The notes beneath the pieces are model-generated. The model had not been told where the DNA came from. It did no database searches and was given only the letters and a program-made list of their open reading frames with translations. Below are positions 1-11,957 of a stretch of DNA of 64,000 nucleotides, piece after piece. Made by a program: the position numbers and the translations under genes. This DNA comes from Selaginella moellendorffii. Lineage: Eukaryota > Plantae > Lycopodiophyta. Every line of letters starts with the position of its first letter. Position 1 is the first letter of the stretch. The DNA lies in the NCBI RefSeq assembly GCF_000143415.4, contig NW_003314277.1, positions 2,261,193-2,325,192 of the forward strand, written 5' to 3'.

Positions 1-71
1 GAAAAGGATGCAAAGAAAGAGATCTAAAGGATTGATTGAATAGATCTATGAATCGATCCCGAGTAACTTAC

Positions 72-405
72 CTCGGAGTTCTTCCAGCCATCGCTCCACA
101 TTCTCGAAAGTTTGCTTCTGGCTGATATCATAGACGATCATCGCTCCCACGGCGCCCCTGTAGTACGCCGAGGTCACAGCTCGAAACCTCTCCTGGCCGG
201 CGGTGTCCCAAATCTGGGCCTTGACCTCCTTGCCTTCGATCACCATGCTCTGCGTCTGGAACTCCACGCCGATGGTGGCGCGCGAGTTGAGATGGAATTC
301 ATTGCGCGAGTACCTGGAGAGGAGATTCGACTTGCCGACCGCGGAATCGCCGATGAGGACGATCTTGAAGAGGTAGTCGTCGCCATCGCTGCCGCCATGG
401 CCCAT
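72..405 (-). CDS. Rab11/RabA-family (RabA5-like) small GTPase, first exon; gene runs off the window start
   Basis: [17 protein letters not shown] (G1), TIGVEF (G2), [23 protein letters not shown] (G3); GTAAG donor at 71 on the minus strand. Confidence 0.92.
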
Positions 406-1945
406 GGCGCGGCGCGGAGCTTCGAGCTTGCTCGCTAGTCGCTGCCTAGAGAGAAGGGGAGGAGGGATTCGCCAAATGCGCCAATGCCATGGCAGGAGCT
501 CCGTGAGGGCTTTGCAAAGGCAATGTATGTAAATTAGAGTGGCCTGGCATCATTGAATACACTAGGAGGGGAACATACTTCCTTGCTCTCTGTGTATTAA
601 CAGTGTTGTGTCAGATGAGAATATACAAGAATCATCTTCGTTTTGAATTATGTATTATGATAACTATAATGATGTTAGCTTATATCTATAAAATAAATGA
701 AATCAAAAAACAATTCACTAATATTTTAAACATTATTTCTTTTAGACTTGGATATTCATGGTATATCCCTTTTAACATATAGAGATCTGGATAAGACCCT
801 TATATCGCGCCTTGAACTTTTGGGTGAGCAACAAGGCCGTCATCCTCCGAGTAAAAAGTGGATTAAAAAAATTAAGCAACTCTAGGCTGAACTTATGCAG
901 GTGTTGTTCAGTGAGTAAGACTTTTCGTGATTCTGGCAGGATTTGATTTGTTCTGACGCCTGTTTGTGGATTTCTAGACGCTGTGTCGCTGGCAGACGGA
1001 TTGGCGCTTGTCAAGATGGGAAACATGGTAAGGATGTGTGTGACGTTTCGACTGATTGATTGGAACTTTGGGATTTTGTGAGTTCGACAATGCTGGCCGT
1101 AGTAAAGCTAGAGACGATGGAGCCTGCTGCTGATACATCCAATCAAGGTTGCTTGAGTGAGTCTTTCTTGAGTAAAACACTATTCTTCTACACTTTACTG
1201 TGAATTTTCGTGATTTTTCGAGCAGCTGTAGATTATGCTCGAGTCAGTAGAGCGCTTTGTAAGTCTCTCCAAGCCAATTTTTGCTCTCTAGTTTTTGCTG
1301 AGATTTCTAGGAAATCTAAAGATTATCCAGTGTAAGGCTATTCAAAGTTGGATCTATTTACTTAAATCTCGTGTTTTTTTTCCAGGAGACTCAACGTGAA
1401 AAACGGTAAAGTTGCTCTCACCTGGGATCGAGGTCATGCGTTACAATTGAAAGGAAAAACTTTTCTGGTGTGTTTTTGAGAGCTTCACAGCTAGCTAGCA
1501 GTGCGCCACACCGCCATCGCAGCACACCCCTGCCCACACCGCTAAGCACGCCATCGCCACCATGCCACCATGCCACCCCACGCAACGGCCGCTCAGCCTA
1601 GCCCGCCACCACCATCCCTCCACTGCCCAGCCAATGTTAGTTAAATGTATTGTTGTTTTGAAAGGTAATATTGTACTTTTATATAAATATGATAAAATCA
1701 ATGTTCCTAATAAATAATATAATTGACTTATTAATTTACTTTATACTTTCTTCACATCTGGGATCATTTGCCACTTGCTGTTTGAGAACACACTATAAAT
1801 CTTCTCTTTTCACAATTCCCATCATTTGGCAGATTAATTGGATTTGGCTAAAGTGATATCTTTGTTCTTGTTGTTATTCCTAACTTAGCTAACCTAGGTG
1901 CGAATTAGAAGCTACTCTTGAATATTTCAATCTTAATGCTACATA

Positions 1946-2900
1946 CTAGCAAAAGTCCCAGCTACGCTGGGAGCATTGTGTTTATTTCTGATATTTTAAT
2001 AATTTCAAAGAGTTGTAAGCGTATTTATATTTTTTAACATAATCATAATTATAAGATATATAGTTAAACATTTTTATATTTAAATATAGAAGAGAGAGTA
2101 TCTGATTGATTTGATACTACATGTTTAAACATATTGAACATATTTTTTGTTTTAAAAATATCGTATATAGTAGACATAATAAAAAAATTCATCAATGAAT
2201 ACCATCTTTATACAACTAAATGTTTAAAATCATTTGAACCTAGTGCATTATATTATCTTGGATCAGTTGTCTAATTGCCTTTTATATGTATTACAATATC
2301 ACTTATGCCTCCTTGAATATTTGTTGAATTTAACACTTCATTCTCTATTTCTTACAATATTGTGAATGCATTAGCATAGGGATTTATCTCTTTTAATAAT
2401 TAATCAAGACCACCCATTAGTTGCTCATTGCATTTAGAATTGTGTTTGTTTTTTGATTTTTATCTCCGTTGGCATATTTTTCATTATTTGGTTTGAAACT
2501 TCCTAATATATATAAAATTAGGGCCACCACTGCAATGATCAATGAGGCTCTTTCGTTTAAATATATTGGATGGTTAGTGAAAGATCTCGATTGTATCTTA
2601 AAATCTTTGATCAAACTACCATTAAATTAAAATATTAAATTAGAGTTTGTGAAGAAGTTTTTGGTAGCAAGAGGAATTCCAGTTGCATATATGGCACTTG
2701 TATGGTAGGTTTGGAGGGTATGGCCTGGAAAAAAATGTAAAATAAAAATATATGTGTGCTTGAATTGTTGTATGTGATTGCATATTATTTTGCACCACCA
2801 CAAACAATGTCTGTATATAATTTTTTTTTCAAAGGTCATGCAAAATCCAAATAACCACTAGTTATTTATAGCCTAGCCTCTCTTAACTTTTGTTCTTGAT
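1946..2900 (-). mobile_element. Helitron remnant (3' terminus plus decayed Rep N-terminal sequence)
   Basis: Minus strand has hairpin TCCCAGC-GTA-GCTGGGA (1956-1972), then CTTTTG-CTAG (1946-1949) followed by T, a canonical Helitron 3' end. AT-rich interior has decayed motifs (GGPNFIY, LGSFKP, EINPYANAF). 5' boundary not located. Confidence 0.6.
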
Positions 2901-3109
2901 TAATAAAAACATCTAAGGGTTGGATAATCTTCTTGTTGCAGTTGTTAAAATCCTGTGTTTTACCGGTCCCATTAAATTAGTTAATTCCTTTTAATTGCAA
3001 TTCTAAAATATACTTAAATATTCTTAGTATCTTACTTCAGTATTAGGCCTTTGAGGCTTCTTCATGGCAGTAAGTTCTTTGATGAAAATCTCAACGTAGC
3101 TCATAAATT

Positions 3110-4850
3110 CACTGCAGTGGAAAGACGCCTTAAACAAGCTCGGGCTTTTCCTGTATGAACACGAGAGACGTGCGATAGAGGCCAACCTTACTACCTCTTC
3201 GCAGACTATGACGGAGGACGCGCTCGCCCGAGCAGGGGACGACCACCTCGAACAGGCCAAAGTGTTCGTGCCCTTCATACGAGCACCTCCAAACAGTCAG
3301 GCGGACTATAACCAGCAGACTGTGGAGCTTCACCGCGATCTGGTAAGAAGGTGGCAGGACATGGAAGGTGACAGCTTTCAAAACTTTTGGGCAAGCAAGA
3401 AGGCCGTCGTCCTGGACGCTCTTCCAAGGAATGCCTGGTTCAAGTAGTCACGGACGAATCTGACAAAAAAGTTAATGGGGTGGAGTCGTATTGACAGCAG
3501 CGTAGTCTGTTCGTGGTGCTTGCCAAAGCTATAGCTACTGCGCAAGGGGTGCTCGTTGACATTACATAGGGTTTGAAAGGGGCTGAGGACTCTATTTTTG
3601 AGGGAGGGTACTCCAGGAGGCCAGACAGCTTCTTCAAAATCGGCGATACATGGGTTGCTATGGAGCTGAGGACGAAGGGTGATGACCACAAGATCGCGGA
3701 GGCCAGGGGAGAGGTGGTGATTCTCGGCAACTTGTTGTGGAAGCAGAGAACGAAAACTAAGCCGTTCTACTCGTTCCAAAACGAAGTCTTTGGTCTTGTC
3801 GGGAACGGCATCGACGTGCAGTGCGTGAGGCAGATCCATGCATACGGGGCACGCGTGAAAGCTTACAATGGGCCGCTGCTTCCACTCGCCGGTGGGGATT
3901 TCAAACCAGGGGATAGCTACACAGTAGACCTCGAGTCGCCGGCTTTGATGTGGGTTGCCGGTGCTCTTCATCGGATTGTGGTGACCAATGCATCCAAGAT
4001 AAGTCCTTGTAGCGAAATGAACAAGGACGGCTACTATGGGTGCGTCAAACTCACGACCAGGGCTGGTTACTGGGTCAGCGACGAGTATTTCCCTGTAAGC
4101 CAGACTTCAAGGAAATCCTGGTAACTGTCGTGGGAGCTACCCGGAACAACAAAATATCTGTGGTTATGAAAGTCTTTTGGGAAGGCGAAGTGTGGTGGCT
4201 CAAAGTTGGCCCAGACGCTGAGGCACGTAGACAGGACCGGATGAGCTCCCTACTGGAGGCTGGGAAAGGTGGTTCCAGACGGAGAGAGACATGATATCCA
4301 GGGCATGCTGGGTGACGGTGGTGGCACTGCTTTCCCGGTGACAATCGAAGGTGCCAACAGGCCAGCGATGCTTGTCAAGGATGCCGGTGATTCCGTCTCC
4401 AAGCAATTGCTCTCGAGGGAGTTTGCACCGGCTGACGTTTATGAGATGAGCAAGCAGCTGTATGAGGCTCTAGAGGTCAGTGGAGTCATTCACGGGGACG
4501 TTTGTCTCTAAAACATCTGCTGCAAAAGTGGTGGCTACAGCGCCTGGCCTGCGGTCGTCCATTTTCGAGCCTGGTATCTGCAGTGGACAAGGCCTAGCCG
4601 GGCCTGGCCGTGATGCCCAAAATCCCAAGTGGGAGATGTCCCTGGATTGTTATTTTTGTGGGGGGAGGTCCAGCAACGTGGTGCGGGACCAGGAAAGCTT
4701 GCTTTATTGCTGCTGCCTCAAGATTCTGGGAGGCAGCCTTGGAGCAGTGCTGCTGACGAATTTGAGGTTCTTCAACTGAGGACTGCAAGCATGAGATCTC
4801 TCATCGAGGAGCACGGACGTCACCCTTACCCGCCACTATTGTGCAAGTAA
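3110..4850 (+). pseudogene. Decayed restriction-endonuclease-like + protein-kinase-like gene (Crinkler/fungal-type kinase architecture)
   Basis: RRPDSFF...AMELRTK resembles a PD-(D/E)xK motif; downstream WWLKVG and GVIHGDVCL*NI resemble kinase subdomains II and VIb; in-frame stops at ~3445, ~3568 and 4509 and frameshifts at ~4120 and ~4270. Confidence 0.5.
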
Positions 4851-6252
4851 GTGCTCTCTCTCTCTCCCCCTGATTCTATTGTTTGTGATGTGAACAGGCT
4901 CCGTGGGATTGTCCTCGGGGCTCACTGACTGAGATTTTTTATTCTGAATGATGTTAACAACATACACTTCGAGCTTCAACTTTGACCACTTTGGTCTCGA
5001 GTGACTCGTCTAACTATTGGAACGGACGATTAGGAGTGATGAAAACAAATCTTTAAGTAATATTTCTTGCGCTTAAAGTGTATTATCTTAGTTTAAAACG
5101 TAAACAAACAATAGCGATGATGATCTTGGGTCAAAGTGAAACTTGAGAACAAGAACAAAATTGACCCATTACTACTTTGGCCGCGAGCACCCCACAAACC
5201 ATCAAAGAATCTCAAAACCCACAATCCAACTGGAAACAAACAGCACACAATCCTAGAGTGACGCACCTTAAGTAGTACAAACTGTTGGCCCCTTCTCAAA
5301 TAACCTCTCTCAACACACTGCTCATCCCGCAAAGTGGCAAAGACGAAGCAGAAGAAGAAGAAGAATGAAACCTCCCCAATCCCCTCCAAAAGCTGCCACT
5401 CACTCCACTCCACCACATCAAACACACCGCTCAAGATCAAAACACTAGCAAGAGCATCCCGTGAGACGCAAAACGGGGCACTGAATAAGACGATCTCGCG
5501 GCCGGCAATTGTAGGACCCAAGATCCCACTCTCATAGCCAAACAACAAAAACAGTAGCCTTGGTACAGCCGACGGCCACGATTCGCCCGGACCATTCAAA
5601 TTCGAAATTTGAACTTTGGCGCGAGATCACGGTGGAATATCCCGGCTGGTCGCGCGAGAAAAGCCAAGCTTGTCAATGCTGTGTGCCAAAGGCCTCCCTC
5701 TTTTGCACGCTCGTGCCCTTCTCCTACCCCCTCGCTTATCAAATTACTAAACTATTGCCGTGTAGGTACCCAGCGGATTTGTATAAGTATTCATCTCCTC
5801 CTTGCTCGCTCCCCCCTTGTTTGGCTGCAGTGTTTTATAATCTTCCCGGTGCTTGCTCGTATAAACAATTCTCTCCTTTTTCCTTCCATCATCTTCTTCC
5901 CCCTTCCCTGTGAGCTTTTCTCCCCTGCTCGAGTGGTGTGGAGCAAACCATCTATCCTGCTTGTGATCTAGCCAGCAGCACTAAATCCATCCTGTCTGCG
6001 TGGTTTGCGATCGTAGCTAGCAGCACAGCTCCATTCTGTCTCGTGATCCATCCTGTCATGTGATCCGATCCTGTCCAGCGATCACTCCATTCTGTTTGTC
6101 AGAGTAGCGCTTCCATCCATCCTGTTCGTGATCCATTCCAGCGAGCAGGGAGCTCACACTTCGTCCTGTTTGTGATCCACTCCAGCAAGCGGGAGCTCTC
6201 ACTCCAGCAGCACCAAACTGGAACTTCCCCCAAGAGTTTCTCATCCGGGATC

Positions 6253-7161
6253 ATGGCCAACTGGAGAGCTTCTTCGGCGCGGCAGCAATGGAACTCGAGA
6301 GCTCCAACAGCAGCGGCGGCGGAGGACGATTCCTGGGAAGTGAGAGCTTTCGCCGAGGACGCCGCCAGCTGCAGCGGCCAGTGGCCTCCACGCTCCTACT
6401 CTTGCAGCTTCTGCGCCAGGGAGTTTCGGACGGCCCAAGCTCTCGGCGGCCACATGAACGTCCATCGTCGCGAGCGAGCATACGCCAACCAGCTCGGCTT
6501 GATCTCCAAGGCGGCCTCCAATTCCTCGTCCGCCGGCGTAGCTCCTGTTCCTGTTGTCCCTCTCGGTGGCGTTGGAGCCGGCAGCAATAACAATCCTGCC
6601 GGCAATGCTCCCAGCATTCCCAGCTCCAACGATCATTCGTCAGCTTCTGGAGCTCCTTCCACTCCACCAGCGCTTGGATTTTGCTGGGTGTATCCGTATC
6701 ACCATCCTCTAAACCGGCCACCTATGCATATGCATCCCGACCACGCTGCGAATTTCGTCTATCCACAACAAATGCCCGCTGCTGCTGCCGCCGCTGCTGC
6801 CATTTTTTCTCCTCATCCCGTCATTGCTGCGAGCACTGCTGCTGGTCCGGAATTGTCACTGTCTCCACCGAATGTGTCGTTGAGCACCACTAACAACAGC
6901 TCGTCGCTTTCGTCGTCGCCGTCCCACAACTTGGCCTCCCTGAATTCCAGCAGCGGCAGCGACTCTTCGACCGGTAGCCTCCGAAAGAAACTAGCTGTTG
7001 CTGTCAGCTTCAACCAGCCTTCACCGGACGAGAATGGAAATGTGATGATGAAGTGTCCTGATCTGTCCGGGATGAAACTGATCGTGGTCGACGGCGAGGC
7101 GAATGCGCTTGACTTGGAACTTCGGCTGGGACACTCGAAATCGATATCCGAGCCTTCTTAA
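6253..7161 (+). CDS. Single C2H2 zinc-finger transcriptional repressor (SUPERMAN/ZFP10-like) with EAR motif
   Basis: [43 protein letters not shown]; C-terminal LDLELRLG; intronless; first in-frame ATG at 6253. Confidence 0.93.
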   Translation: MANWRASSARQQWNSRAPTAAAAEDDSWEVRAFAEDAASCSGQWPPRSYSCSFCAREFRTAQALGGHMNVHRRERAYANQLGLISKAASNSSSAGVAPVPVVPLGGVGAGSNNNPAGNAPSIPSSNDHSSASGAPSTPPALGFCWVYPYHHPLNRPPMHMHPDHAANFVYPQQMPAAAAAAAAIFSPHPVIAASTAAGPELSLSPPNVSLSTTNNSSSLSSSPSHNLASLNSSSGSDSSTGSLRKKLAVAVSFNQPSPDENGNVMMKCPDLSGMKLIVVDGEANALDLELRLGHSKSISEPS

Positions 7162-7849
7162 GTTTTTTGCTCTAGTTTTGGAGGAACCATTATTTTGACA
7201 CCCAGAATTTTGCGTCCTGGAAGGAATAACAGAAAAGCTGAAAACGTTTAGAAATAACAAAAGGCAAAGGAAGAAGAAACAGGACCACCTTGCCGGCTTC
7301 CCATTCGTTGCCTCCAAGGAGAAAAGAAAATCGTTGTTGTATGTTCGGAATCTTGTAATCACTCCGGTTTCTTTCCCACTGAGAAGATATTGGTCGTCTG
7401 TGCCGTTGCTGACTTAAACAAGTCTTCTCACGCTTGGCAGCAAAACAGGAGCCTGTGCGATGTACTTTGATATCTTAAGCCTCTTCTTCGTTGCCACTGA
7501 TCGTTCCGTCTCCGAGCACCAGGACGCAAAGTACCGTCATACCGAAAGTGTGGGACTCGTGTGGTGTGGAAGTCAAAAGATGGTGCTGTCATCGTTTCTT
7601 TAGTTTATGTGTCGCGTTGGTGAGGGGGAGGTTAGCTAGTCCATGCGTTCCTTGCAGCAGTCGGGTGTACAAACCACCAGCCTTTTGACTTCGATTCACC
7701 TGAATTTCTTCGCCTTCCCCCTGTGCCCGTTACTTCACCCACCTGTGCCTCTACTAGTACTGAGAAGAATGATTTGGCCATCTTTCCCAGTCAAGGACTC
7801 GCAACTGGATTCAGCAAGCAGTAAGCATCCGGATGAAACACGATAACAC

Positions 7850-10046
7850 CTTCCCTGCCGTTTGAAGGTGCGCATCTCGGCTCTAGTGTCCTGTCCACAA
7901 CCTGGGGAAAATTCTCACCTCGCGGCTGGCTGTAACGTTCGACAGATTAAGAATGACGTCATACGCCGCGGAAGAGCGAAATTTGCTCACCTCTGTGAGC
8001 ATGAAAACCTCCCGTCGTGACGTTTATTTGTCAGTCCAACATTTTGGCGCCTTCGGGATCGGTTCAAACAATGGGAACTCTGACAAAGATTCATCAGTCA
8101 GACAAAAGAATGAAAAGAAAAAAACGTAATACAAAACTACAAGAATACGAACTTGAGTTCTAGCTGAGTCGTATCTCCTGGCGTTGTTAGAGCCTGTGCT
8201 ACCATTCCCGTGACTAATGACTGTTGGTGCGGACTGTACTGAGTAGTGACCATCAGATAGGCCGGAATCCCGGCATCTGGCGATTGCGGATGCGAGCTTC
8301 CAGTCAAGCCTTTCTATCGACGCAAGCACACTGGTCTCTGCTCTTGACAGCGCTGTCAGATCAGCTACACGGGCCCTGTGCTTGAATCCCCGGGAATCTA
8401 CAGTACCACTTGAGGAATGATAATTTCCATCTCTCGCTGGATACGAAGGCAAACTACTGCCACCGGTAGAACACTGCTTGCCCGAGGCAACCTCAGAAGT
8501 ACTATCCCCAAAGGTCGGAAATTCACTGTAAGTCGTTGGCTCTGGATCCTGCTGCGCAGGAACTGCGCACTGCTGCTCACTACAATTGTCGCAATCACTA
8601 AAACCGACTTCCCAAGCCTCAGACCTGTAAACTTTGCAGTCTCTACGTAGCATCGTCCTCTGTGACTCGTCCTCGTCCCTGCTACATGCCGAGGCCTCGG
8701 GAAATTGTATTGTGTCTTGTGAGACTCCTACTCCTAGCATGTCCTTCATGCTCGAGCACCTGTTCGTCTCGTCCTGCTCGTTTCCCAAACCGCATGCCCT
8801 TTGTGAGGTCATTGGTTGTAAGTCGTCCAGACGTGATTCAAGGCCGGTAACTTCAGCAATCATCCGATTCGTAGCATTTTCGTTCTCCAGTCGGAGCTTT
8901 AGTGCCTCTTCGAGAAATGCATTCAAGTCGTCTATGGAAGTCTTCTGTTCATCAGCAGCCAAAGCTTGAGGGATGGAAAACCTGCCTTCTGGCTTGGACA
9001 AAGTCTCTGCTGTAGTTTGAGCCAGAAACGAGCTGTTCGATGACGAATCAGGATCCGGGCCATCAAAAACTATAGTCGGTGATAGCGGTCTTACTACGTC
9101 TCCTTCCCTGGACTCGGCAAAACGGCCAAATTGCTCGCTGAAGAGCTGCCCTTCCGCTTCCGGACCATGACCCAGTGCATCTTCTTTAAGGACTGCAGCC
9201 GGATGGAACGTCACTCTCAGATTCTTCGCAGCTGCACATTTTCTAAGTGCATTGTCCGTTTCCTCGTCGAAGGAACCTAGCAAACTGTAAGGTGGTTAAT
9301 ATATCTAAAGCAGACAAAGCCAAAAGGAAAATTCTTACCGCGACTGATCCCAAGTCAAGTCTTCTGATGGAGTTCTGCTTGGGACGTGTGTGCCCATTCG
9401 AAAGAAAAGCTGCCGAGTCTCATCACGCAAGAAACTGTTTTGAGCAGCAGCTTTCATTGTCTCTCTGAGCCTTGCGGCAAAGTCTTGGTTTTGTACGATG
9501 CAAGGCTTGCTTGGTTTTGCTTTTACCGTGGAATTCTGACGCGTTCTCAATGGCTGCTGCGTTTTATCCTTCGGAATTGTTAGATACAAATATGCAGACA
9601 ACCGCGCTCTTTCTTTTTTCCTGCTCTCCAAGGCTTCTTTCACAAGCCTTTTATCCTCCTCTTCTTGCTGCCTTGCAAGTCGCTGAAATTTTCTGCAGTG
9701 TAAAAGTCATTAGCACTGAAGCTCGAGTAAAACTTTTCATAACATGCCAAAAGAGAAAAAATCAACACGACTATCCAATAAAAAAAGAGAACAACGAAGA
9801 ATTTATGGCAAGATCATTCTATATAAGACAAAACAAAGAAAAGGACTAAACCAGACTCAAGAATTTTAAAAACAATTCCGGAAAGCTCATAGAGCAGTTT
9901 AAGCAATATAACAACGATCAGCTGAGTCTTTTCTTTCGAAATTTTGGAAAAGAAAACGAATGTCCCCGAAATTTCACACTAGAGAAGGGCGCTTACCTCT
10001 GCCGCATTGCCGTCTGCCGCGCATTGGCGATCCGCTTGCGCTCCAT
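7850..10046 (-). CDS. Multi-exon protein of unknown function (basic coiled-coil N-terminus, long low-complexity Ser-rich exon); 3' end uncertain
   Basis: Exon 10046-9997 splices in frame (GT-AG) to 9692-9339 giving MERKRIANARQTAMRQRKFQRLARQQEEDKRLVKEALESRKKERAR; then a long open exon ~9284-8153. Confidence 0.6.
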
Positions 10047-10198
10047 GATGGCGCGCGGCCCAGTGCCATCGGCGCCATCGCAATCCAACCCCATCAGCCC
10101 TAACCCTAAAGCGACACCGTGCGCGCCGGCCTACATGGCTCCCTCCAACGCTCCTCCCTATGGCTTTCAAATTCAAACACTTGAAACCGGCCGGCGTA

Positions 10199-10253
10199 CA
10201 CGTGGCAACACGTGGCAAACGGCAGCCACGTGTACGCCTGGCAGTTCCACGTG
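10199..10253. promoter_or_regulatory. Cluster of four G-box/ABRE (CACGTG) sites in a divergent promoter
   Basis: CACGTG at 10199, 10209, 10227 and 10248; three are in the ACACGTGGC context; lies between divergent ATGs at 10046 and 10422. Confidence 0.6.
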
Positions 10254-10421
10254 GACATTTCGTACGGAAGCCCTTGATATTTGGTACCCTAAATCTAGGG
10301 TTTTTGTGGAAGGAAGCGTCAAGATTGTTTGCGGGGACGATCGAGCTCGATCGGGGCAGCTTGGCGCTCGAATGCAGCTTGAATCGCTGGAATTGTAAGC
10401 GGCGAGTGGAGCGCAGCAGTC

Positions 10422-11751
10422 ATGAACGCCGGGCCGTCGGGATTTCGTGAGTAATTTCCGTCTGGATTGATTGATTGAGCTGATTGCGTTCTCCCGATCT
10501 CCAGAGAATGCTCCAATCACGAAGGGCGTTGTGGTGGTGTGCGGATTGGCGACGTTGCTCGTCGGCACTTCGCGGAGGAGCATCATCAAGGCTTGTGGTC
10601 TTTCCTATCAGGTAAGCAGACTAGTAGCTGCGCCAAAAAAGAACTTTTTTTCCCTTGTGATGCTGACCTCTAGGATTTTTTGGTAGGCCGTAGTACAAAA
10701 TCTCCAGCTATGGCGTCTCGGGACGGCGACCTGCGTTTTCTCTTCGACTCCCGAGCTAGTTTTCGGTCTCTATTTAATTTATTTCTTCCGGGTGTTTGAA
10801 CGGCAGATCGGATCAAACAAGTACTCGGTATGAGCTGATAAGAAGATATAAATTCTTTTAGCTTGCTAACCATGGATTGATCACAGGTGTTCGTTCTTAC
10901 AACTACAATCATCTCGACACTGTTGGAACTTTCCGTCTTGTCATTTTTCAGAGGTAATCAGCTCTAGAAACTCCGCTTTTATAGAATCTAAGATGAGTTT
11001 CGGGTGCTCGCAGATCCCACAACTTCCGGTATCAGCCTAGCGCCGGGACCTTATGGATTGATCTTCGCTTCTTTTGTACCGTACTTCTTCGACATACCAA
11101 TCTCTACGCGCTTTCGAGTTTTTCGAATGCAGTTCTCGGACAAGACCTTCGTGTACCTGGCTGGCCTTCAGGTTCTCAGATCTTCTCTCTTGAATTGTAC
11201 CGCAACAATGCAAAGTTTCTTTGCGCAGCTGCTACTCTCCTCGTGGAGACAATCTCTGATACCAGGCTTGTGCGGGGTGCTGGCGGGATTTACATACAGA
11301 TCCAACATTTTTGGCATTAGAAGATTAAAGGTAAGCTCAAAATCCGGTTTTTACTGTTTCGCCTGACACAAATCGTCACCCAAACAGTTTCCAAAATGCG
11401 TGGCATCGTTCTTCTCTCGAATTTTCTCCCCCCTTCTCTTGAGCTGGCCATCGCCAGCCCCCAGAGGCTTGAGAGAGCCTTCGCGACGTTTAGTCGAGGT
11501 AAAAAAGAGCTTTTTGTTTTTGTTTCCAAAGGAAGAACACAAGTTCTAAGCGACCATAATCTTTGCAGGGACCATTCGTTCCTCCGCAAGCTCCCGCCCG
11601 TGCAGCCGCTCCTCCACCGCCTCCTCCGGAAGAATCCATCGCCACTCTTGTCTCAATGGGCTTCGATAGAGGCCTCGCCATCCAAGCTCTGAGCCAAGCT
11701 CGAAACGACATGGTTGCGGCTACCAACATCCTCTTGGAGCAATCCCACTAG
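10422..11751 (+). CDS. RBL20: Rhomboid-like pseudoprotease with C-terminal UBA domain (UBAC2/RBL20-like), multi-exon
   Basis: [57 protein letters not shown]; UBA: [37 protein letters not shown]. Confidence 0.88.
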
Positions 11752-11826
11752 AAACTCCTTCCACTGTATACATTCTTCTCCAAAAGGGGCCCAAAAATCC
11801 ACCGAGCACCAAAGTTTTGTTCTTCC

Positions 11827-11957
11827 CGGTTTGTCTTTGATCCTGGCTCTTGCGTTCCAACTCTCTGGCAGCAAAGCTTCGAGGATCGTCTACTCGGTTT
11901 GTCTTTGATCTTGGCTCTCGCGTTTTAACTCTGGGAGCAAGGCTTTGAGGATCGTCT
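11827..11957. repeat. Tandem ~65-bp duplication of the PPR gene's last codons
   Basis: 11827-11891 and 11895-11957 are near-identical (CGGTTTGTCTTTGATC...GAGGATCGTCT). Confidence 0.85.
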
